A stretch of DNA of 64,000 bases from Amoebidium appalachense (Eukaryota; Protista; Ichthyosporea): positions 7,643,898-7,707,897 of the forward strand of contig CAVNZM010000013.1 of NCBI GenBank assembly GCA_963693365.1, written 5' to 3'. Shown piece by piece: positions 25,696-39,934 of the stretch; position 1 is the first letter of the stretch, and the number at the start of each line of letters is the position of its first letter. The position numbers and the translations under genes are program-made. Under the pieces are notes generated by a model. That model saw nothing but the letters and a program-made list of their open reading frames with translations, searched no databases and had not been told where the DNA came from.

Positions 25696-26019
25696 GGGGG
25701 GGTATGTGTGTGTGTGGGTATGTGTGTGTGTGTGCGTGCGCGCGCGCACGTGTGTTTGTGTGCATGTGTGTGTGGATGGAGGGGGGAAGGGGGAGGGGGG
25801 GGGGGGGGGGGGGGGGGGGGGCAAATCACACAGCGCACACGTCGTTCAGCAAGGGCGGGGGCAATTGCCATAGGGGCACACCATGCAACAGAGATGAGTC
25901 TAGGGAAAGGGCGGCTGGGGAGGGGGAGGGGGGGGGGGGAGGAAGGGGAGAGCGAGAGAGGGAGAGAGAGGGAGGGGGGGGGGAAAGAGCGAATGGCGAG
26001 GGTAAGGGTAGAGGGATTC

Positions 26020-26050
<31 letters not shown>

Positions 26051-26341
26051 GGGGAGAGGGGGGGGGGGGGGGGAAGAATGTGTCACTGAAGTCGAAGTAC
26101 ACACTCACGACGAAAACAACACTGAATTTGCAGAACTTAAGCAAAGAATATGCATGGGGGAGGGGGCTACACAGTACCATAAACGCGTTCAGAAAACTCT
26201 AACAGCAGGACGGGGCCGGGGGAGGGCAGGGGGAGGGGGGCGGGCAGGGCAGGGAGCAGGGAGCATGGAGCAGGGAAGGTAGAGAAATAAGTGGTAGAGA
26301 AGGAGAGCTCCCCATAGAGAAGTTGGTGGTGGTGGTGGTGT

Positions 26342-26429
<88 letters not shown>

Positions 26430-26490
26430 GGCGCGTCTCTGTGTGTGTATTTGTGTATGTGTGTGTGTTTGTGTGTGTGCGTGTGTGTAT

Positions 26491-26521
<31 letters not shown>

Positions 26522-26871
26522 GGAGGGGGGAAAGAGGCGTGTCTGTGTGTGTGTGTGTGTGTAGGGGGGGAGGGGGGAGGAAGGGAGGGGAAGGGACCCG
26601 TCTGTGTGTGTGTGGGAGGGAGGAAAGCGGGATGGGAGTGTCTAAGTGTGTGTGGGTGTGTGTGTGTGGGGGGGGGGGGGAGGGGCGGAGAAAATGTGTG
26701 TGTGTCTGTGTGTGTGTTGGGGAGAGGGGGGGGGGGGGGGGGAGAGCAGGGAGAGAGAGGCAGAGATAGAGAGCTCGAGAGACCGTGAGTGAGTCAGAGA
26801 GATGTAGGGAGGAAGTTGTTGTAGGGCGCTTAAAAGGAAGGCGGGAAGAGGGGGGGGGGGGGGGGGGGGAG

Positions 26872-27178
26872 GGGTTTGAATGCGGAACACGGTACGAAGT
26901 ACGCATACACGATGAGAAGCATGGTGCAGGACACATGCAAAGGCAAACATTTAAGTATGCAACATCAGCCATGCGCACAGTATGCGTCATAAGCAGAGCC
27001 CATCCTCAGGGAGGGCCCTAGTCATCAATTGCGTCTGAGTTTCGACCCCTTAGCCCACGTATATACGACTCTCTAACTCAGACAGCAGCATCAAGTGAAC
27101 TTGGGAGGGTCAACCAGTCTTGATCAAAGATGAGCAGGGTTGCTTATGCAAGCAAGGTGAGCAAAACGGTGGAGATGA
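26872..27178 (+). repeat. Type A copy of the TTTGAATGCG repeat family
   Basis: Matches 24305-24610. Confidence 0.92.
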
Positions 27179-27997
27179 GGAGAAGGAAGCAGGCAGTGTG
27201 TGCCTGAAAAGCAAAGAAAGTGCCCGAGGACGGAGAGGCCAGGCCCCAAAGAGTGGAAAAAACGACAAGGAGGAGGGGTCGGGGGTCGGGGGTCCCGAGG
27301 GGGGGGGGGGGGGGGGGGGGGAGGGGGCAAGGTGCGCATATGAGTTGCGTGTGTTCGCGGTTGCGCGGGGAAGGGGGGGGGGGGGGTTTAGGGACGAAAC
27401 TTACACAGGAGTCACCAAGGGGAAAGAGGAGGTCACGAGTCCAAAGGATGAGTGGGGAGGAGGGGGAGGGTAGAATGTGTTACCGGGTACGGAATGCATA
27501 CAGAATACACGAGACTGAAACCAAAGCAGCATTCCCGCTCCTAGGCATTCCGGGAGGCGGGGAGGAAGCGGGGGGAGGGGGGGTTACCGTTTCAGTTGAA
27601 TTCCCGCAACGCTCTTGAAAATATTACACACAGATGATGACAACGGTTCTTGCAGTTGCTTTTTACTAAAACGGCGTCTCAGCCAACAACGGCACCACCA
27701 GAGAATATACAGCACCACTAAAAGAGCTAATCGGAACATGGGCTTGCCGGACAAGGTCTCAAAACATTTTCTCCCAGTGGCTTAAGTTTTGGTGTTGGGT
27801 ACGACAAGACTTAGTCTGCTGCAACATTAAGGTTAATGTGTTGTGTGTGCACACGATGCAGTTATTCCACATTCAAAGGGAAATATATTCACAGGTTCAA
27901 AGGAGAACATTGCAGTCAGATACCCAGGTTCGTAAAAAAACTTGCTGTAACGGGAATAACACAAAAACGCACTGTGTCCGTTCCGTTGTGCACAAGA

Positions 27998-28069
<72 letters not shown>

Positions 28070-28400
28070 GTGTGTGTGCCCGCATGTGTAGGTGTCCCTC
28101 CCAGCAAACACCCCCTCTCAACCCCTACCAACCTTCCAGCCACGGATGAAAGCTATCCAGTTTCGTCTCGAGCGACTCCCCCGCTAACACACGTCTTCCC
28201 GCACGCTATCCTCTCATACACAAGCTTCGGACGACGAGGAAAAAAAAAAACCCGTAACAATCACACCCGCTCTCTCCCTCCGGCGGAGTCGCATTTTTTT
28301 CGACAAAAGAGGCACGAAAGGCAGATCTCGACTCGCTCTACTAACTCCAGTTGTAGTTCTTCCATGTTTGCACGTACCATGTGTCGTTTCAAAACGACTA

Positions 28401-28730
28401 CTATAGCTCGTCGTGAATGTGGTCACCAAATCTCTCCGGCCAGGACTCGTCTTCGTGGCAATCCAAATAATGCAGACACTTTCTCATGTAGAAGCTGCTC
28501 ACGGCGTTGAAATACATGCAAAGATCACATCTGTGTTCTGCATCCACAGTGATGGTTTTGTCACAGTGTGTAAGGCAATCCTCATAATCTGGGAGGCCGT
28601 GAAAGGCTTTACAGGGCTCACAGGGATACTTCACCCCTTCCTCCGCCCTCTCCTCTAGAAGGGTTACCGAGGAAACGCTTGTTGACAGTGCCAAGAAGGA
28701 CACCATAAGTAGGGAAAATCTTAACTTCAT
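28401..28730 (-). CDS. Small cysteine-rich protein with signal peptide and C-terminal HDEL (109 aa)
   Basis: N-terminus MKLRFSLLMVSFLALSTSVSS (signal peptide), 8 Cys in two CxxC...C...C units, and C-terminal IHDEL-stop. Non-repetitive sequence. Confidence 0.8.
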   Translation of the reverse strand: MKLRFSLLMVSFLALSTSVSSVTLLEERAEEGVKYPCEPCKAFHGLPDYEDCLTHCDKTITVDAEHRCDLCMYFNAVSSFYMRKCLHYLDCHEDESWPERFGDHIHDEL

Positions 28731-29843
28731 TCTTAGGTTAGGTTAGGGTATTTCGGAGCGTGTATGCGAGTTTCTTCTCAAGATTGCTGTTGCAACGGGA
28801 AGGTCATCTCAAGCACCAAAGTGTTTCCTTTCCGTCTGTATGCTTACTTGCGCAAACCATAAAAAAAAACGCTCTCACAAATAAACTGGGTGTCACAACA
28901 ACAGTGGTTCAGTCAAGCACTACTAAAAGCCGCTCATCAACATGTTGATGTAAATTTAGCCCATGGCGACCGTGACACCGTGCTGAGCCTGGGAGCCGCC
29001 AAGAATTTTATTAAAGCTATGTAGCCAATCAAAAATACATATATTAGCCTATTTAGGCAGAGGAATGTACAATACTAAGTTTAGTGTCGCCATGTGTCCG
29101 ATTGGTGGGTTCAACTGTAGAGCACACGTGGCCCGGCCACGCGCATGCTCACCGCCGGATTATCTGTTTTTCTACTACATTTATTGTGTCTCCATTTGAG
29201 GAGCTTTTCTTTCAGTACCGTATTGATAGATATGCCTGCTTTCTGACTTCTATAAAACGGCCACGTACACCCTGTTTTACACACAGCATTCCGGTGAACG
29301 AATAGAAAGCTGTTTAGAAATCTGGCTCTGATTGGATTAGGATCACACACTGGCCAGCCGATGATGGGGCCTGTAGTTGTAGGTGGCAGCTGCATGCATG
29401 GGGGGAGTGTGCACGTGCACATATAGAGGCGGGGGTGCGGGCGAGGCTTGGAAAGATGTATACAAGTGTCCATATGACGGTATGTATACAGGACGGCCGA
29501 CGTCCCCATGGTTACGCCCAAGGTGGGCCATTCAAATGACTGCATGAGCGGCTGCAGCGGCTGTACATGTAGCTCGGCTGCACTGCTGCCAGGCATGCAC
29601 AGTGCCACAGCCTGCTGCCATGCCTCCTAGGGGTCATGATCAAGGCCCCTCCTGAGGGGGCGGAGGGGGGGAGGGCCGGCCTGTAGGCTGTCTGGCCCCA
29701 GGCGGCTCGGGGAGCCAGGGGGGGAGCTGCGGATCCCGTGCGAGTGGCCAGAGCCCAGGGGGGAGGCGCCGGCGGAAGAGGGGAGGGGGGATAACGATAG
29801 AGAAGAGGTTAACGCTGGAGGGAAGAACCCAGAGAGAGCTCTC

Positions 29844-29966
<123 letters not shown>

Positions 29967-30416
29967 AGAGGGAGGGAGAGAGAGAGAGAGAGGGAGAGAG
30001 GGAGGGAGAGAGAAAAGAGAGTTGAAGGATCATCATGCCGCGAGCTCGCTCTAGAGAGAGAGAGGAGAGAGAGCTCGAGAGAGGCCCGGAGAGAAAGTGG
30101 GCTTTGGCTAGAGGGGGAGGAGGGGGGAGGGAGGGGGAGGGAGGGGGCCGGGGGAGAGTCAGAGAGAGCCCTGAGCGAGAGAGAGTGTGTGTGAAGGGCG
30201 AGAGGGGGGAGGAGGGGATCATCAGTGGTTGGGGGGGGGGGGGGGGGAGTCTCAGAGAGAGAGAGAGAGGGGGGGGGGGGAGAGAGAGAGAGAGAGAGCC
30301 TGAGAGATATTAGAGAGAGATCAAGAGAGTGAGAGGGGGCCGGGGGGAGAGAGAGAGGGAGAGGGAGAGGGAGAGGGGGGGGGGAGGAGGGGATGGATGG
30401 GGGGGGGGGGGGGAGT

Positions 30417-30483
<67 letters not shown>

Positions 30484-31081
30484 CCGGGGGGAAGGGAGAG
30501 AGGGGGGGATGGGGGGAGGGCGGAAGGGGGGCCCGGGGAGGGGAAAGGACGGAGAGAGCTGATTCAGAAGGTGCTCAGAAGGGAACTCCTGTCGATGAGA
30601 GTGTGAGAGAGTGCGAGTAAGTGAGTGAGTCACGGTAAGAAATCTGTAGGACCTGTTAGTCCTTCGTACGCGTCATGGGGCCGGGTCGAGGGAGGTGGTC
30701 CATTAGTTAGTTATCGGGAAGGGGGATTGGCCATGGAGGGAGGGGGGTAGGGGGGAGGGGAGGGGGGAGGGGAATTGGTCCGTTTCACAGTCAGCCGGAG
30801 AGTTGCATGCGCATTCCATTAGGAGATGAGCCGTTAGGGGGGGATGGGTGGGTGAAGGGGGGGGGGGGGGGGGGAGGGTTGCACGTGGTTGGGGAGGAAG
30901 GGGGTGATTGACCGTCGACAGTGTATTTATTCTTGGGGTCTCATCCTTGTCACGGCGATCTTCTTTTCTGATCCGACTCGGTTCGGTTATATCCAATGAT
31001 GTGACATGAAACCCACTGAGCGTCTGGTTTGGCCCGGAAGCTGAAGAGGCTGGGCATGACTTAGCTAGCTAGGACGGTGGC

Positions 31082-31216
31082 GAATTCTGCAAAAGCAGAG
31101 TCATTCTGCAAAAAGCGGAATCATTCTGCAAAAAGCAGAATCGCTCTGCTTCTAAATTTAGCAGAATGATCCTGTTTTAGCAGATTGATTCTGCTGTTCT
31201 TTTGCAGAATAATTCT
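31082..31216. repeat. Array of ~6 short palindromic units (ATTCTGC-Nn-GCAGAAT)
   Basis: Period about 20 bp. The array as a whole is also an inverted repeat. Confidence 0.85.
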
Positions 31217-33129
31217 TCTCGGAGATAGATATTCGGACAATCTCCCTTCATAATCCTCAGTCCATGTTGCATGCTTCATTTTGGCATATTCGCAATGCAT
31301 ATGCATGTGGACACGTCCCGGTTCCCACCACTCGTAGGGGGTTGGATGTGTGGGGCAGGTACCGTACTAGGTGAGGGTTGGGTGGTTTAGGATGGATGGA
31401 TCCGGGTTGGGGGTCGTGTGTGTGTGTGTGTGTGTGTGCGTGCGTATGTGTGTGTGTCTGTGTGCCACGCCGGCGGGGGGAAGGGGGGAGGGGGGAGGGG
31501 GGATGAATATGTTCAAAACGCATATTGAGAGATTGGGAAATCGTTTTTGTGACTTTGTGTTTGCTCCGATGGGGTTGGGTGGGTGTGGGTGGAACACGGA
31601 GGAAAAGGGGAGGGGGAGGGAATACTACACAAAATGCTGTGGGCCGGGAAGGAGAAAAGGAAGCGTGTGGGACTGTGGGTGGCAGTACTCAGTGTTATGG
31701 GCTTTGGTGATGGTATGATGACTGCGCGTGTGTGCGCACGTGCGTGCGCTCATGTGCGCGTGCATGCGTGCATGGGTGCGGGGGTGCATTTGATGTGTGC
31801 GTGTGCGCATGCACGCGTGTGTGCGTGCGTGCATAACTTGGGTGCGGTCGCACGTGTTTGTCATGGTGTGCAATTCTTTGCTTGCGTAATGGCGTGCTAT
31901 GCATACATATAGCTGCATGCACAGACGATCTCATACTTAGTCGACTGTTTTCAGAGTTTCCCGGTTCGGTTTGATGGCATATGCAAGTCTAGAAATGTCG
32001 TTTCTATATCCGATAGTGTAGCTATACCGATTAACAGCACTTCCTTTTTGTCATCTCGCTTAAACAGCACACGCCTCCCCTCTGCCTCATTCCCCCCTCC
32101 CCCCCCCCATCCCCCCCCGTGTACACACACACACACAGTCAAACCGATGCAGCACAAGTGAAGGGCTCTTTCTCAACGCTTCAGATACAACGCCGTGTAT
32201 TCAACCCACCCCATACCGTCACTGTGGTGTGACAAAAGCACACACGGTTGAATCTTGCCCTATGCCATTCGGAACCAATGACATGGATGTAACAAGTATC
32301 CATTATATGGTAATCGTTATATCATGAATGTCATTGCTTTGTTCATAGGCCCAACCGCGTGTGCTTCAGTCACACCACAGTCACCCTCCCCATCCCCCGG
32401 GTCCCCTTCTCCCCCCAAAAATATCTCGTCCTTACCACAGCCCACCTCCCTCGGAGCCCATTTCCGAATCATTCGGAAGCAACTTCACATCTCTCATGTA
32501 TGATATATGTAGCCGTGATTTAAAGCTAATACCGTAGCGACTCGTGAGCAAAGCACCCATGATCGTGCGAGTGTTGAATTTAGTGCATTGTTTTATGACC
32601 GGGAATCCAGTCCCACTGTACCAAAACAAATGGCTGCACAGATCTCCAATGTTCATGCAGAAACAACATCTCCGCCTAACTACGTTAACCCATAAGTTGG
32701 CTGCCCAAAACTTACAGCATTTTGAAGATTTGGCAAACGAAAAAATCCCCAAAGTGTGCCTATTTTGGTATCTATTTACAATCACATGATGGTAGCTAGT
32801 AAGCTAGTAATCATGCTCATGATGAAGACTATCTACAGCACCGGGATTATCTATCTATGTACAAGGCCAACAAAAGCGTAATACTTCTCTCCAAACCCAA
32901 TCACTAGGCTACACATACTCTACAACCTCTCATACACTTTAACACTGGCCCCACCTAAGCTGTGCAACATCGTAGGTGGTGGAACCTTATCAGATAAGGC
33001 AAGATACGATACTAAGTTCCCGACTATATTGGTATACAACCAGTAGGCGTCCTTACTATCTGGGTTAGAAAATTGTGGAGGACACTGTTGTGAACAAGGA
33101 AAACTTGCATTATCCCGCCAGAATACGGC

Positions 33130-33474
33130 TCATAAATTCTCGTTTGTTGTCCTGATGAGGCGGTAAATCTCGTCCGCATTCCTTTTGGCAGCTTCGAAAT
33201 CTACCAAATCCATCCCATCCGTCTTCACACGCGCCAGTGGAGGCACCACGTGTATAGACACGTGGTCGTTCCCAGCCTTTTTCCCAGGCACAAGCTCGTC
33301 ACGTGATCTGCTCCCAAATCCGGAAGTGTAGTAATGCACCACCACCGCTGATTTTGGTTCAACCCTCCTCTTCATGTGTCGGTTCACAACCAGAGCTACG
33401 ATTAGGATGAGGACAGCACATACAAACACAGAGCCGAAAACGAGAAATGTCCTGTCAACTTCGGGAAACGCCAT
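33130..33474 (-). CDS. Hypothetical single-pass membrane protein (114 aa)
   Basis: ATG in AATAATGG context. A ~22-aa hydrophobic segment is followed by basic RHMKRR (positive-inside rule). Complex, non-repetitive ORF. Confidence 0.65.
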   Translation of the reverse strand: MAFPEVDRTFLVFGSVFVCAVLILIVALVVNRHMKRRVEPKSAVVVHYYTSGFGSRSRDELVPGKKAGNDHVSIHVVPPLARVKTDGMDLVDFEAAKRNADEIYRLIRTTNENL

Positions 33475-35507
33475 TATTTGTTCCTATCGACGGTGACAAA
33501 CCTCTTTCGTAGCAATAATATCTGGAGATGGTTGATCAAAAGGGGCACGTTGTGATATTAATGACTGAGTTAGACTTGCGGATGAAGTCCGTATACGTAT
33601 GCGGAATTTGAAGGTGACGGTACCACGTTTTGTTTCAGTACCTAAGGTACCACGCTTTCTGAGAAAATGGAGGACGATTATATTGATTTTTGGAAGGTTT
33701 GGATCAGTCTGACAAAGTTTCAGAACCGAGTTAAACCTCCAAAACCTTAAGGCAGCTGCAAGTTCGAATTCGAAAACAACAGTCAGTCTCTGATCAGTCT
33801 GATATACAGCTATTTTCATACATTGGTGTTCTTGCTTTCTTTTTTCTATTTAGAACGCCGCTCGAAATAGACGCTCTGTGAGTAGACAATGAAAACTGGC
33901 AAGTTTGCTTCTATGTACGTGATCATGATATACCGCTGAGGGGATATTCCGAGCAAACCCCCCCCCCCCCCCCATACCTGAGACTGGTTCTCTTTGCCTC
34001 GAGTAAACAGCGTAAACCCCCACATGTTTATCCGTGTTGAGAGACAGATGAAAATGCAATCTGCTGACGTGGGTTCCCAATTTATACCTGCATCGCCTGC
34101 TGTGACGCGGCAATCTATTCACCGTCACTGTTCCGTAGATAATGCATGATTTAGATACAATCAGATGCTCTTAAAACTTTCTAAACCAATCGTAATGTGC
34201 GTGATAGGCATTTCCACAAATTGTTGAACAGATTGATCAGTTTGGATATTGGCTAAATCTATGGGGGTCTCTGGTATTCGATTGGTTGGAGCCGTACCCC
34301 ACCCCCCAACAACTGAGATAGCCCAACTTTCCAAAGATAGCCCAACTTTCCAAAGATAGTGCAAGTTATTTCCGTAATTGGGTTTCTCTAACGACTTGTA
34401 AGTTAGCGATGTCCCTGGCCGCTAGGAGGAAACGTGCTGGTTTCCTGCGTGCTTCCTTTTTGTTTATTTTTATATATATATACACCTCATCTTTAGTCTC
34501 CTGCTGCGCTGTAAGTGTTACTATTGTTGGGGACAGTCCAAACTAAAATGTAATCAAGAGATAAACTGCTTGAAACTTAGCACCAATGACGTCACAGATG
34601 AGAAAAAAAAACCATCCGGGCCATGATCATGACGTCATATACTCCATGTTTGTGCAAACCGGCCCGAGGTCGTGGTACCATGGTCACGGACCACTCACGG
34701 TGTCACGGTGTTTTCCAAACGGGAAATAAACAAAATATACCATTGTCTGTCCTCTCTCTGTTCCACTGAAACTTTAAAGTTTGAGTCTCGCATGATTACG
34801 GCTACAGTTGACATGCGATCCTGGTCATGCGCCATGGCCATGGGCACGATGATGACCACTGAGATCTCAGTTTCGATGTTGCCGAGGCCATTGAAAACTT
34901 CGAACTGGGGGTGAGGCATTTCATATCTGTACGACGGCCACATACGTGTCCGTGCATGCGGGACAGGGCCCACATACGTATACACGTCATGCATGGGTTT
35001 CAGAAGCAGCGAGAAAAAGGCACAACAGAGCTGTCTACTGATTGTCACGGTTCACATCTGATGCAGGCGCCGTGGTTGTCCCATGCACAATAGTATCACA
35101 GTGAGTGTGCTAGGCTACTAACCAAGTGATTCGTATGTGTTGAATTTTCATCGAGTTATTAACGTCTACACTATGCCGATTGAAAACACGCTGTATATGC
35201 GTGGGAGCCAGCTCCTAGGAGCCTTTATGGCTACTACTGTAACACCACGTATTTAGTTTTTGGCCAAACCTGATTTGGGCAGATAGATATGCGGACGGGG
35301 CGCGTCGGGGGAGGGGGGGGGGGGGGGGGGTTGATACAGTAAACAATACCGGGGGAATGGAGAAGGGAAAGGTGTGGAGGGGGGGGGGGGGGGGGGGGGG
35401 GGTGGGGGGTGGGGAGACTACCTGAAAGGGGATTTACACAGCCACGTGAGGCAGGTTCGAAGGAAATGTGTGCAGAGATAGACCAGGGAGGCTGACTAAA
35501 AACAGCA

Positions 35508-35573
<66 letters not shown>

Positions 35574-35593
35574 TGTGTGTGTGTCACTGTGTG

Positions 35594-35712
<119 letters not shown>

Positions 35713-36129
35713 CGTGCGTCTGGTCCCATTCCCAGTAGGACAAGGGGGGGGGGGGGGGGGGGAGGGAGGGGGGGACTCACCCTGTAACACACCTGACGAT
35801 TTGTGGTGGATCCCCCTCCCCCTCCCCCCTCCCCCCTCCCCCCTCCCCCCCCCCCAAAAAAAAAAAAATATATATATACAAACCCTTCACCCCTCATCCA
35901 CCCGCCCACCCGTAGATTTCAGGTTCCCCAAAACCTCGTATGCATGCACATATGATATAGATGCCACACCCATTCAGTGGACAGCTACATGCACATGCTC
36001 TTTAGATCAATCCCCCCCCCCCCCCCCCCCCCCCCCCCCCACACACACACCACCACCATCACCACCACAGGCCCCCCCCCCCCCCCACTATTGGACACGG
36101 AGACACTCACCCACCCACCCACACAAACA

Positions 36130-36196
<67 letters not shown>

Positions 36197-36837
36197 GTCC
36201 ATACGCCGGAAGTCCCCTCGCATCTGATTGGACAAAACACGATCCGATGACGTAAAATCAGGGGAGAACGATTTGATCCCCAAGCGACATAAAGGGGCCC
36301 TCAGGCCTCTAGCGGGGGGCTGGGGGGGCAGCAGCCCCCCCCATTTAGGCCCAGACACACATAGGGTTTTGGTTATTGGGTTTATGTTTTTATTTTGATA
36401 ACTTATTATCAAATAATGTATTTATTAGCCGGTTATGCGGCGATCTCCCTATACCTAGGGGCTTCCGGTGTATAGACCTACCTCACACACACACACAGAC
36501 ACACACTCTATAGACAAGAGGCACGCACAAGGAGACGGGGTTGAGGGCAAAAGGAGCGAGAGAGGGTAGGAGCAGGGGGGGGGGGAGAGAGAGAGGGAGG
36601 GAGGGGAGGGAGGGAGGGAGGGAGGGAGGTAGGGAGGGTTTACAATATCGGAAGGTAAAGAAAGAGAGAGGGAGAGGGGGGGAGGGGGGGGGGGGAGGGG
36701 GAGAACGAGCGAGCGAGCGAGACCTATACACACACGGAGAGAGGGGGGGGGGGGGGGGGGGGGGAGGGGGATAGAGTGAGAGAGATAGACAGAGAGGGAG
36801 AGAGAGGGGGAGAGAGAGAGAGACAGAGGGAGAGAGG

Positions 36838-36940
<103 letters not shown>

Positions 36941-37266
36941 TGTGTGTGTGTGTGTGAGACAGAGAGGGAGAGAGAGACAGAAATCCAGAGAGAGATTTAG
37001 AGAGAGATCTAGAGGGGGGGGGGGGGGAGAGAGAGAGAGAGAGAGAGGGGGAGAGAGAGAGAGAGAACGAGAGAGGCTGATGAGGTGTGCTCCCGGACCG
37101 GGGGATGAGAGAAAGAGGGGGGTGGGGGGAAGGGGGGTGGAGGTCACGTGGGAAAGGAGGGGGGGGGGGGGGGGGGTGAACCGAAAGACAGGGGCCTGTA
37201 TGGATGTTCCTTCTTCCTTGTCTCTTCCCTCCCCTCTAATATTGGCCACTGCCCTCCCCCCCCTCG

Positions 37267-37297
<31 letters not shown>

Positions 37298-38072
37298 CCT
37301 TTCCCCCCCTCTTCCCACACACCACGCACCACCACCACACACACCCACACCACCACCTCTATGGTGCCAATACTATGCCGCTCCAGATCTCAAAGTCACC
37401 CCTATCCAAGAAGTCGTAGCTCTAATTATGTATCTAGATCGTAATTCAGAAATGGACCATTCAAAACGTGTGTCTTGATGTGTACTTCAAATGCACCCGG
37501 AAACCTGCCCAGCGCGGCCATGGAAACATTTTTCAATGACGTCCACCAAATGTCTCGATATTTGCATTTCTCTGGTAAAACAATGATTCGGTGGGGTGCT
37601 ATAACAAACTTGAAGATAACTTACGGCGCTCCAGGTGTTCACGACCATGATGATCCATCGTAATATTTTTTTCAGAACTCCGAGTTTCGCAAAAATAACA
37701 AAAATGTCTGCGCCAACACCAAGAACCCCTTACGACCCCCCTCCCCTCCCCCTTCTGGGGGGGTCAAATTACAGACCCATACTTATCTGCAGACTATCCA
37801 TATATTGACATGCCGACTATGAGGACTTGGCCTCTTGGCCGAGCAGTATGAAAGCAGGCACCCATGGTCATGAGTCAATAAAATACAGGGGGTATAATCC
37901 ACACCAGTGACCATTTAAATATGTATAATAAATACATTTACAGTTCTAAGTTCATAAGGTGGGAGGGGCAATTACTATTAGAGCCAGGGACAGGGGGAAG
38001 GACACGGCCGGGAAGCACAGCTCTGCTTGAGCCCATGCCATATAACAGGGCCGGGGTCGGAGATAGAGAGAA

Positions 38073-38108
<36 letters not shown>

Positions 38109-38214
38109 CACGACAGACAGCCTTTTGCAGACATGTGTGCAAGTGTGTGGAATGCGCGTGTGAATATGTGCATGTGGGCCCGGCCCCCGGAGGTGGGGGC
38201 GGGGGCTGGGGGGG

Positions 38215-38415
38215 GGGGGTTTGAATGCGTCAAAAAGTACGAAGTACACAAGAACAAACGGATAACACGATGCAGAATGCAAGCCATACATAAAGAGTAT
38301 GCATAATAAGCAGAGCCCATCCTCAGGGGGGCCCACGTCATCCACAGTACCCGAGTTTCGACCTATTCCCCTCGTTAACGAAACCCAACTCAGATACTGT
38401 TTCACTTGAACATGA
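38215..38415 (+). repeat. Type B copy of the TTTGAATGCG repeat family (longer than the 24665 copy)
   Basis: Matches 24665-24801, then continues with a diverged version of the type A hairpin region. Confidence 0.88.
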
Positions 38416-38663
38416 GTAGGGGGGGGGGGGGGGGAGGGGGGAGGGGAGGGGGGGGGGGGGAGGGGGGGGGGGGTTTGGCATACCGAACTCTTTCAGAGAG
38501 CTTACCCTTCCACTGCTGTTTGTTCTGTTTCCAACCTTTTGACCCTGTTAGGCTGTCAATATTTTGGGCCTCAACTGAAATCGTGCAGGCGCCGGTGAGG
38601 GTGTTATGTTTGTTTGTTCACGGTTTGTTTGATTTTTTTTCGTGTTCATTTTTTTTGTTTGTT

Positions 38664-38787
38664 TAAATGATTTATTTGGTTCGTTTTCGGGTTCTTTTTA
38701 TGTTTTTTTCCCCCTTCGCATTCTAAATGATTTTTTTGGTTCGTTTTCGGGTTCTTTTTATGTTTTTTTCCCCCTTCGCATTCTAAC
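38664..38787. repeat. 60-bp tandem duplication
   Basis: TAAATGATTT...CCCCTTCGCATTC at 38664 and 38724. Confidence 0.9.
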
Positions 38788-39369
38788 AGCGCTGACTCGG
38801 TGGAAGGACCCATCAAGAGTTACCCTGTTGTTGCTGCCATTTCCCTTCCTTTCCCGCCTCTCCTTCCCCAAACAGGTTTTCACGTTCCTGTAAAAAAACC
38901 TTCGATAACGCACACCCACCGCCGTTTTTCTTTCTTCTTCTATAAAAAGGGCATGAAAATAATATTGAAGCCCAATTTATTCCGAGACCCACATGAACTG
39001 TAGAGCCATAAGTATCTCAAGGGTGCCCAGTTTGGCGCCCAAATCTTTAGTAATCAATTCATTTTTAAAGTCAGAGATCAAGCTCCCAGCTGCATACAAT
39101 GCAGCAGATCTCCCGATTATCCAATTAACTCCGATTACACTTATTTGCGTAACTCAGCCACCAGGGCCAACACTATCATCATTGACATGCCACCAGGTGT
39201 TAATGATCCGACAGATCTCACCGATGGTGCTACGAAAATTATGATTCTATGTACAAGGGGGGGGGGGGGGGGGGGGTAGTAGTACTTTTAGGAGGAATTT
39301 CAGACTAATCACACTCTTTTTCAATCATAACCGGATATTTTTAGTCACATCACAATGACTTCCATCCAA

Positions 39370-39700
39370 TCAATACACAACATTGGCAACAAGGGGTGCC
39401 AGCACAGCCAATAGCATTGCACCAAGAGTGGGGGCAAAAATCCCCGCACTGCTCGCACTGCTTGGTGAGCCCTGCTGCACCTGCTGGTTGTCGGCCGATG
39501 GGGTGCCCGTAGGGGTGGTCGTGGACTGGTTGGTGGGGAGGGGATCCTCCCTGTTAAACAGAGGGGGTGGGTGTTAGTGGTTTGCTTACCCCGTGGGGGA
39601 GAGGTAGAGCGAGGGGGAGAGGGAGAGCGAGGAAGAGAGGGAGATGGAGAGAGGAAAAGGAGAGTGAGAAGGAGGGTGAGAGAGAGGGTGAGAGAGAGTG

Positions 39701-39786
<86 letters not shown>

Positions 39787-39801
39787 CAGAAACAGAGAGG
39801 G

Positions 39802-39849
<48 letters not shown>

Positions 39850-39878
39850 GGGACAGAAACAGAGAGGGGGGGGGGGGG

Positions 39879-39934
<56 letters not shown>

